Source: Mizuhopecten yessoensis | Taxonomy: Eukaryota | DNA length: 64,000 bases | Direction of reading: 5' to 3' | NCBI RefSeq assembly: GCF_002113885.1 | Contig: NW_018408610.1 | Span: 502,648 to 566,647, forward strand | Shown here: positions 27,453 through 37,600 of the stretch, one piece after another | Position numbering within the stretch: position 1 is the first letter of the stretch | How the letters are laid out: each line of letters begins with the position of its first letter | Made by a program: the position numbers and the translations under genes | The notes under the pieces: model-generated | Databases searched by the model: none | What the model saw: the letters and a program-made list of their open reading frames with translations, nothing else | What the model was told of the DNA's origin: nothing

Positions 27453-30295
27453 TTACTGTTCATTATTTCCTGGTACCATTCTTGAGAATATGTTTAAGAA
27501 TTTATTCATCACCTCCATTTTCTCCTCATGCTGCTTCTTCTTTTCCTCTCTCATTCCGCTCAAAAGCTCATACATGTTTTCTCTCTTTCTCTTCACTCCC
27601 TTACTTCCATTAGGCTTTTCACTCAAACTGTTACTATTTTCACACACACTATTCTCACCGACACATTCATCATTCATAGAACTGTAGGTGGCCATGGGAG
27701 TAATATTGGGATTACCCCCAATGGCCTCCTCCATTTCCCGTTCATATAAAAACTCTCTTCTTCCACTTCCACTCTTGCCATTCACTCTCTTGACATCCTT
27801 AAACTTTCTCTCAAGCTTTGCCCACTTTCCCTTTAGTTGACTCCAGTCAACGCTGGACTTGCACGTTTCAGAAAACTTATTGGCAATAATTTGCCAGACC
27901 TTTTTTTTGGTCAAGTTTGACCTGTCAAACATGGCTTGGTGGTCCTGCCTTAAGCTAATCAGAAGTCTTGTTGATTCGACTGTCCAGTTGAATTTGTCTG
28001 GGAAAAAAAGATGTTCAATACAAAGACATGTCATACATTACAGTTATATACTATAGCTTTGAGGTGAACCGTATGTTTTTAGAAATATTTTTTTTATCAC
28101 AAAATGACATTTGAATTTGTTCTATATGTAAAGATGTGGTATCTCAGCTTTAAGAAACAAATGTTATTAAAAAAAGTAAATTCGCTAAAAAAGAAGCCCA
28201 AAAGAATATCATTTACATGTCAGAGGCATTAGTAAGAAAAAATAAGTCAAATTATCTCCCTTTGATAAATTTGATATTAATTTGTAAGATGTGTAGATTC
28301 AACTTTTGTTCCATTTGCAAATAAAAGCAAAAGTTTTTAACAATACAGTAATGACATACATATGTGAGCTTGCATAAATTATAACAATATAAATATTTCT
28401 GACAGTCAATATCCATGAGCCAAGAAAACAGTAACGTAAAAATAACTGTAATACGACTGGGCCTGGAGTTAATGTCTGTGTTGGATGTTGTACACACCAA
28501 TGCAACAAAACTAATACACTTTTAAAAATTGGACAGAGCTTTGTATAACAATTTTATTAATTTAAAGGCAATAATCTCCCATTTTGATGGTGTGAAATTT
28601 AAATTTTTGGATAGCGTTTTAGGTAGGTATGAGCGTACTATTGGCAGAGGACAGGCCCCGAGTTTGACCTACATATATCATGTATTTTAGTTTTCATAAC
28701 CTCATATTTTATACAACTGTAAATCTGTATTTGAACTTAAAGGTACCCTTTACCTTAAATGGAGACATTAAAATGTGTTTCAATATATTCATTTAATACC
28801 AATAAACATAATTTTACCATCTGCTTCTGTACTTGCTTCATCTATTCCTAAAATAAAAATATGCTAGTAACATTCACAAATAATACATCAAATCATTTAT
28901 ATTACTATTTGAATAATTATAACAAATTGTGAAGTCATACCAGTGATAATCATGTATTGTCAACCAGTGATAATCATGTTTTGTCATTAATTATATAATT
29001 ATAAGCAGTGGTAGATGTTTAAATCATACAATCAAATTATTGATTAAATGATGTGTTTGAATAGAAATTGAAATCTGAATTGACCCTATTTAAAACAAAA
29101 GTTTTTAAAGAAAATGGTGGATTCCATCTTGGTCAATGTACCAATATTGAAATATAGATGTTCAATCCAGCATACTGTATATATTATATATTATACCATA
29201 TATGAAACTTTACCACTTACCTGTAACTTTATGGAGAGACTGGCTTCCTGTTGCCTCCTTTTCAGCACTGTTTGTGTCTGTGTCACCTTAATTACATAAT
29301 GTAATACTGGTTCATTAAGTTGACATTGATAAGATATTAGTTATATTAATTACTTCATCTTATATGTTTCACTGAGAAAATTACATGTAAAACGAAATAT
29401 AAAAAGTCCTTTTTCAAGCATGAATATATTCAATTCAACTGATATCAAATCAAATAAATATGGCAGGGATCTGGATTAGACTGGGGCCAATTTAGAAAGG
29501 TTATACTGTAATTATAGCATATTGTGAAATCATATAAGTGATAAGTTTCATGTTTTGTCATTAATTATATAATTATAAGCAGTGGTAGATGTTTAAATCA
29601 TACAATCAAATTATTGATTAAATGATGTATTTGAATAGAAATTGAAATCTGAATTGACCCTATTTAAAACAAGAGATTTTAAAGAAAATGGTGGATTCCA
29701 TATTGGTCAATGTACCAAACTACCAATATTGATGTTCAATCTAGCATACTGTATATATTATACCATATATAAAACTTTACCACTTACCTGTAGCTTTATG
29801 GACAGACTGGCTTCCTGTTGCCTCCTTTTCAGCATTGTTTGTGCCTGTGTCACCTTAATTACATACTGGTTCATTAACTTGACATTGATAATATTTCAGT
29901 CAATTATGTATGATATTCACCGTAAGAATATCTAGTATCAATTTGATGAGAAATATGCAGGTTAAATATTTTTGGAATTATTTTAACCTTGTATAAAACT
30001 ATTAAAACATTCATGGTTGACATTTTAAAGCCAAAATCTTCCAGGAGAACATGGAACCTTATAAACCAAACATGTTTTTGTACAGTTGTTTTGCCTGGCA
30101 CTTTTTGAAAATCAGTTCAGAATAGAAATCAGAACTCGAACAACTTAATAATGGACATACACAGATTAAAAATAAAATTTCAATAACGATTGAAAGAATT
30201 ACCTTCCACTTCCAACAGATATGGCCCAACCAGTATGGAGCTCAGGTCTTCTTTATGGGCCAACATTTGATAGGCCATATTTGGTAAGATGGGAT
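27453..30295 (-). CDS. Harbinger Myb/SANT-like (trihelix) DNA-binding protein; exons 30203-30295, 29788-29853, 29221-29286, 28818-28847, 27453-27997; probable first exon from the ATG at 31028
   Basis: Last exon FNWTVESTRLLISLR...KKVWQIIA...QLKGKWAKLERKFK plus a C-terminal coiled coil. Upstream exons are all phase 1-1 with canonical GT-AG. Linkage of the first exon is unresolved. Confidence 0.8.
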
Positions 30296-31597
30296 CTGCA
30301 GGTTCAATTAATTTGGAAACAAATTCATTGAATTATTATAAACCATGTACTATGCAGGGCTGGACAATAAGGGTAGCCTGCTGGCCTACGACTAGTGAAA
30401 CCTCCATCTCGACTACAGTACAGTAGTGGTTATAAAAACTACTAGACCATATAAATATATTGTCTAGTCAAAATTTGATATCAATTAACATGTTGAATAA
30501 TATTTGGTTCATTAATTTACACATGGAGTCATGACTAGTAAAATTGAAATCTACTTGCCAGACTGACTAGTGTTTTTTATTCATACTACACGCAACTATA
30601 TATGTAATTTGTTTCTTCACATGAACATTGATATACACTTTCTGATCAATTTTAGTCATTCATTAATCAAAATAGTCATTTTAACAAGTATTTTTCAGTT
30701 TAAATGTGATGAATATTATGTCGTCAAGCTACCATTTCCATGGGTTTTTTCATTTCATTTTTTTTAAATAAAATTTCAATTGAGTTCATGAGCAAATAAA
30801 AGAGGTAGACTGTTAAAATGTTCCATCTTTGGTAGGCGATTATAACCCCACACTACAAATATCTATATTACACTGATTCAGTCGAAAAAACTGCAAAAAC
30901 AATTAAGATTCTCGCAGTTGAAGTATGTAAATTATATGGAACCGCTGAAATAGTGTTTAACATATTATACATACATATATATCGCATTTGCTTGACATTG
31001 GAATTGGAAATCTTTCATTGACGGCCATATTGGATCCAACTTGGTACCCTCAAATGAAACGTTCTCGACGAACCGGTTCGTTTCGGCGGAACGTCGCGCA
31101 TTCCATTTAACGGAACGGATGGTACGTACCGGAACACCCGGAACGTTCCGCTAAATGGAACACGCTGAAGGATGTCTGTCATTAGCGTAGAAGCCTATGA
31201 AGCAAACTAGGGGAATTTCTGCTTTGTTAAGTCTCGATCACCCAGATAATTGCATTGACAGGGACGCTTAATATCAGTATCTCAAGCGTCTAACTGACTG
31301 AAATCCAAGTCAATCTTCTCAAAATGAATATGAAAGATGTTTTGGTAGCCTCCGGCCTCGGGACCACCGCTAGTTAAGTGTCGATCGCTGTTTGTACATT
31401 ATTTTTTTTAAATATCTGAATTGGGAATTTTAAAGTAGGAAATTGGGAAAAATCACACATATTTTTCATTTGGAATTGGATCCGTTTACCTGACCTAAAG
31501 AGATCGGTGATAAAGCCCTGCCTAGGTACCTTGACCTTTGGTCAGTTGACTCCTTGTTTAATTAGAAAGATAAAGGTAACAAAGGTAGAATAACTTT

Positions 31598-31912
31598 CAT
31601 ACAGAAATTCAAACAACGCCAAGAATGACTGATTAGAGGTAGGGTGTTTCTCAATCGCATCTACTCCATCCTTCAGTAATTCTTTGATAACATCTAAGGC
31701 TAAAATGTCCTTTGTGTAAACACATCCGCACTCTGGGCTGCGCATTAATTCATAGAAAAGTTTAAGACCGCTGAATAATCTTCCCGATTTAGCATTACTA
31801 CATTCAATAACTAAGTTGAGGAATGCAGGCAATATGCCATTATAATCACGGATAATATTCCTGAAAACACTTTGAACTACTTCTTCTTCTTCAGATGTAC
31901 AGAAGCCTTTAG
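31598..31912 (-). pseudogene. Paralog A exon 1
   Basis: EEEEVVQSVFRNII...PAFLNLVIECSNAKSG...PECGCVYTKDILALDVIKELLKDGVDAIEKHPTSNQSFLALFEFL aligns to 34700-35051. No clear ATG, and the donor is degenerate. Confidence 0.8.
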
Positions 31913-31954
31913 GTCAACCTGTTTGTAATAAGAAGCTACTAATTACAGCTCTGT

Positions 31955-31975
31955 AGAGCCCGACACAGCCCGGTA
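31955..31975 (-). promoter_or_regulatory. Conserved upstream motif of paralog A (TACCGGGCTGTGTCGGGCTCT)
   Basis: 18/21 match to 34589-34609 upstream of paralog B. Both are followed by TAATTAGTA. Confidence 0.5.
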
Positions 31976-32489
31976 GTGACGTATTGACCGACCGGGCGTT
32001 TGTTTCCACTTATACACCATAACAACTGTATATTTTGCATTGTTTGTAACAATATAAATGTAATGATCAAGAGGTTGTGAAAAAATCTTAACATTTGAGC
32101 GAGTTATGACAACAATTCTCGTACAACCAGTCAGCTGATAACCACTTCATATTACTACGCATAGTACCGTTTCTGAGAAGAGTTTTCTCCCCTCCTCCGA
32201 GATAATTGCGAGAAATATAAAAAAAAACATTACAAAAATCATAAATGGTGCACGATTGTACTTTTCTATTATTATTTGTTAATTCATTTTATTTTATTTA
32301 AAGATTAATCATTTTTTTCATAACATTGTTATCTTAAATACTGACTTCCATCTCGTAGGTAGCCAACACTTGTCGTCTGCTAGACTGTTAATTAGCTTAA
32401 GCTTAACCTAAACGCTGACGGACAGAGAGGGAAGCCCCCAGATAGCCTCATCAAGACGTAATCGGTATGGTGTCTTTCACATACCAGAT

Positions 32490-33962
32490 TTGTTAGAATT
32501 TTCTTCCGATGATGAATTGGAGAAAATATTACTCGAAATAGGTAAGTGTACCTCCGACACAGGAACGCCCGGTTTCACTGTTAACAATGCCGGAAGGAGA
32601 AACCCAGACCCCAGGGATAACTCATCCCAGGGGGTGTCCTATCCCCCTAGTGTGATGCTGGAAGGAGAAACCCCGACCCAACGGGAAATCAACACTGCTA
32701 CGCAGATGAATAACCCCTCCCAGGGGTGTCCTATCACCCTAGTGACAATACCGGAAGGAAAAACCCTGACCCCACCGGAAATCAACACTGCTACGCAGAT
32801 GAATAACCCTTCCCAGGGGTGTCCTATCCCCCTAGAGACAGTGCCGGAAGGAGAGGTTCCGACTCCAAGTGAAACCAATACCGCTACGCTGATGTATAAC
32901 TCGATCGAGGGGTGCCCTACCCCCTGGAGACAGTGCCAAAAGGAGAAACCCCGACCTCACGGGACAGCAGCGCTAACGTCACACAGGTAAATAAATAAAA
33001 CAATAATAAACACTAAAATTAAAAGTAACCTCGCAAAAAACTTATAAAGTTGCCTTTCTGTCTCGTGAAATTATAGGCGTTAAAAAACCCATTTCAAGTC
33101 GACTTGTGTTTCGAGTTTTAAGTTTTTTAGCATATGTTGAATAAAATTCATACAGAATACATCCACCCCACGGGGTATTCCAGTGCCACCCCCCGACAAA
33201 AAAAATATATATTTCTGTTGAGACACAGAAAATGCTAGAAGGGGCCAACCAATTTGCAATCTGCCTCCACTAAGAGAAATACTATCTGGGGATTACAAAT
33301 ATTCGAAGGTAAATAAATCATGTCAGCTATTAAACAGTTAAATGGATTAAAAGATCAGATTTGGAAATTGTTGAATTTTCGATCCGTGTAATTCGTTCTG
33401 TTATCTAGAACTGGTAAAATGAATCAGTAATTGATATAAAGTAATTATCTAACCATTTAAACCATCACACAAATGACGCTCTTTTTCCAAATCTATAGGC
33501 TAAAAGAGATATTTTTGTTTACATTTAGATTGGAACCAAGAGGTCTTTGGGACAGACTTGGACCTAGAGAGCGTTAGTGAGGAAGACCTCGCAGATGTCC
33601 TCGCCAAATTTTATTATGAGGCGAAGCCTAAAAACACACAAAGCAACGGGCAGAAACATGCCAGCGCACCAGGCCGAGGAATACCATAGAAATACACTTA
33701 TCAATATAAGAGGGGCTGTAAATCGTCATCTAGTAGATAAAGGTCGGAATATTGATACTGTTCGCGGGGTGAATTTCAAAAAAGCGAATCGTACACTAGA
33801 CGGCCTGTTAAAGGGGCGTTAGAGGACTGGGATGGCTCGTCCAACGACACACATGGACATTATATATATCGCCCCAACATTTAACAAAAATATCCACTTA
33901 CCTCCAAGGGGGACTATTCTCCCCTTACATCCTCCGACAGAACTTATGGTACAACGCTGTAT
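32490..33962 (+). mobile_element. Decayed, 3'-truncated Crypton-type tyrosine-recombinase element (N-terminal/core-binding part, KCTD1/ZMYM/QRICH1-like)
   Basis: Spliced ASTKRNTIWGLQIFE|DWNQEVFGTDLDLESVSEEDLADVLAKFYYEAKPK..EEYHRNTLINIRGAVNRHL..FKKANRTLDGLLK..SPYILRQNLWYN (intron 33309-33528). It has frameshifts and a stop, and ends before the catalytic Arg. The upstream ORF has ~105-bp repeats (32615-32950). Confidence 0.78.
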
Positions 33963-34007
33963 CATATACAAATATAACTTTTATGGTTCGAATTTCAAAT
34001 AAATGGA

Positions 34008-34148
34008 TGGTCGGAAGGAACAGTGGATATTGCACTTGCCTTTCACCAAGGCGGCCGGGGTTAGATTTCCCAATCGGACGTGAAAAGGTACGTGATTAGT
34101 TGTAAAACTTGTTTCATAATTGTTGTAAAATCAATAAAGTTTAAATAT
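34008..34148 (+). mobile_element. Internally deleted tRNA-SINE (same family as 45495)
   Basis: Head cagtggata.tgcacttgc.tttcaccaagg and tail ataattgttgtaaaat.aataaagttta are shared with 45495-45740; the middle is missing. Confidence 0.8.
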
Positions 34149-34588
34149 ACATGCGAAAAGACGTTACAAAAAAATACCTTTACATTTTTTTTTCAAACCG
34201 GTGTTGAAGATGTCGTAACTGTTCTATAAATTGTCTGGACCGCTCGCGATCGGAGCCTTCACCAAAACTTAACTTAAAACCGTTTAATAAATTGATATAC
34301 TACATATATGTTACTAATTTGATACACACAGATGTTACACCATAAACCGCATGGCAAAATATTAGAGCACCCAGAGACGTATATAACACAAATGGCTTTA
34401 TACGTCTCTGGAGCATCTAACAAATTGGTAATTGATATATGACAAGCCAACTTGAACTGGTTTCATGAGATTATGTAAAATATCTTATTCGTGTATAGAA
34501 ATTAAATGAGATATCCTTTATATAAAATTTATAATATGCATCTCATTTACTATATATAAGATGTCTCATTCTAATTTTAAATTTGTAT

Positions 34589-34609
34589 TACCGGGAAGTG
34601 CCGGGCTCT
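34589..34609 (+). promoter_or_regulatory. Conserved upstream motif of paralog B (TACCGGGAAGTGCCGGGCTCT)
   Basis: Matches the motif upstream of paralog A. Further TACCGG copies follow at ~34613 and ~34627. Confidence 0.5.
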
Positions 34610-34639
34610 TGTTACCGGACGGTACATACCGGGCTTTAA

Positions 34640-37600
34640 TTAGTATCACCGTACAGAAGGGCTAAAAAGGCCTCAAGTAGGCCTAGGCCTATTCTCGATG
34701 AATTCAGAGGGTCTAACGAGGAAGCATACTTGAAACGTATTTTTAAATGGCTTTTTACTGAACAGAATCACCCTGGATTTTTAAACTTAGTTATAAAGAA
34801 TAGCAACGCTGCTGAGGGAACGTGTTTCACCGATGCGTCGGTTTATCTGCGAGTAACTGCTGAGCAGCGAATCTATGCACTACGAGAAAACTACTGCGAG
34901 TCTGGCAGGCCAGAGTGTGGATTTCTTCACATGAAGGATATTTTAAATGCACATATTCTTGGGGAATTTTCAGCAGGTGGAGTAGATGCCATCGAGAAAT
35001 ACACCAGTTCTCATCAGCAAGCCTTCTTGGTGTTGATGGAATTCCTACGTGGTAAATTATTAGGATTTTACAGGTTAAGCTGACAGGGTTAAGCTTAACG
35101 TTAATTCTATAACTTGTTTGTACTATGTGTACCCAAAGGGCCAGTGAGCTCACGCCATGGTGCAGCGTCCATCGTCCTTCAACATTTCCTTTAAATCGCA
35201 ACTATAGTCCTGAACGACTGAATAGATTTTGATGAAATTTGGTCTGGAGCATGATTAGGCAAAGAAGATCCAATGTTGTATTAATTTCCATTTTCAATTG
35301 CTAGATGCATTGTCACTATGTAACCTTACCAAACAAAATAGGAAGTTATCATATCATAATTCTCACATATAATTCCTAATGGTATTTAAGGATTGGTATG
35401 ACAACCAATACTTATACATTTTATGTTAAACAACTTACAGTTCACGCAGAAATAAAGACATAATATTAGTCTGAACACATTTTAACGTCAGGGTAAATCC
35501 ATACAGCGAACAGCCACCAGTTGACAGTGGAGCAGTGCAATCTCCAATAGTACAGTTATGACGTCATTAGCATAGCGACGTCACAATGGCCCAATGTATG
35601 TTATACGGAAATAACATACATTGGGCCCAGTAGAAACATCTAGGCTCTGTGCAGTGGAAATGTAAATATAGTGAACAATGTGCGTGACGTCGTCACTAAA
35701 TGACGTCGTTTTGTCTGACGTCATTTTATTAAGTGTATTTTTGACGTCGCGAAAATGCGTGCTACCGGATTAAAAACTTAAATTTAAAACGGAAATATAA
35801 GTATTAAACTGCCTTCCTTGGAAAGTTATTGTCCTATAATACTCACAAGTTAATCATGATGCGCTATTGCACGTTATTAAATTTGTCTGCAATTTTATGA
35901 GAATTATAGGACAATAACTTGCCAAAGAAGACAGTTTAATGCTTAAATAAACGGAGGGTGTGGCTCCCCTGGGGCCGGAGGGTCATGGTGCAGGGCCCAA
36001 TAGGGGAAATAGAGGTAAATCATTTAAATCGCTGCTAGTTTGAACGACTGAATGGATTTTGATGAAATTAGGTCTGTAGCATTATTGGGCAAAGGAGATT
36101 CAATGTTGTATATGAGGAGTGTGGCTCCCCTGAGGCCGGAGTGAGGGGGCCCGATAGGGGAAATATAGCAAAAAACTTTAAAATCCTTCTTCTCTTTAAG
36201 AATGACAGGTTTTAGTCCGCATTTGGTTTGAACAATTGTTGGGAGAGGCAGCTCAAAAGTAGGAAAATATTTGTAATATAACTTATATGAGAGTGTTTTG
36301 CCATGTTTACTGAAATATCCAAGTGAATGATGCAGGCCCTCTGGGCCGCTTGTTAACTCACCTCGTCCGAAGGGCCGATGAGCTTATGCCATGGCACTGC
36401 GTCTGTCGTCCGTCCGTCGTCTGGCATCCGTCAGTCAACTTTTTCTAAAAATTGCTACTCATCATGAACAACTTAGCAGATTTTTACTAAACTTAGTCAG
36501 AAGCATCCTCGGGAGCAAATCTTGTATAAACGGTGGGTGTGGCCCCACCAGGGGCCTGAGAGGCGGGGCCTAATAGGGGAAATATAGCAAATTCTTTAAA
36601 ATCCTTCCTCTTCTGTATGAATCGGTCCATATTTGGTCTGTAGCATTCTTGGGTGAAGGGAAACAAATTTTGTATAAATGGTGGGTCTGGCCCCCCAGGG
36701 GCCTGAGGGGCGGGGCCCAATAGGGGAAATATAGCAAATTCTTTAAAATCCTTCTCCTTAATTCTGTAGGAATGAAAGGTATTGATCCATATTTGATCTT
36801 AAGCATCCTAGGGTAAATTAAAGGGGAACCAATTGTGTATAAACAGTTGGTCTGGCCCCCTAGGGGCTTGAGGGGAGGGGCCCAAAAGGGAAATACAGTC
36901 TGTCCGGCGTCAACTTTTCCATTTAAACAACTTCTCCTCACTAATCAAATCTCCGAGAGTCAGGATATTTGGCTGATTATAGGTTCCTCGGATGAGGCCC
37001 GTCAAAGTTTGCAAAAAGAAATAACCTTGACCCATATTCAAGGCCACAGGGATCGAATTTGTTAAAACCTTTAAACGAATTATTCTCAATAACCAAGAGC
37101 CCTAGAGTCATGATGTTAAGGAAGGTGAGCCAAGAAAGTGTTGTTATTTTACGGCCTCGTAAAAACTTTGACATGGCAGCCATTTTGTGACATGATTACG
37201 CAATCATGGTTTTCCTGTTTTAAACTTTTTCTCAAGTTCCACCAGTGTGATTCAGCAGTTACAAATGATCCTGAGATGGTCCTGACCAAGCGTTCAGGTC
37301 AGTCCAAAATCCAAGATGGCCGCCATGGCAGCCATCTTGAAAAACACATTCAAGTTCTACTGGGCCGATTGAACTGAAACTTAATAGTAATGATCGACTC
37401 ATAGTCCTGACAAAGTGTTGTTATTCTTTAGGTCGATCAGAAATCGAATTTGGCCGCCATTTTGAAAAAACAATTTCAAACTTAAAAACAAGTTCTAATA
37501 GGCCGATTTAACTGAAACTCAGTCAAGGAATGATCGACTCATGGTCCTGACAAACTTAAGTTAACGTTATACTTTACTATTTTATACTCATATTGGTACA

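Larger units (their letters stand above)
23974..31167. mobile_element. PIF/Harbinger transposon, two convergent genes
   Basis: ~30-bp TIR cag(t/c)gtgttccatttagcggaacgttccgg at both ends, AAG on both flanks, DDE transposase on + and Myb/SANT-like gene on -. Confidence 0.95.
21724..31520. mobile_element. Non-autonomous hAT-like DNA transposon with 13-bp TIR and 5-bp TSD (hAT5-like); contains the Harbinger
   Basis: TIRs CAGGGCTTTATCA / TGATAAAGCCCTG, with CCTAG on both flanks (21719-23, 31521-25). The reconstructed empty site restores the satellite unit length. Confidence 0.82.
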
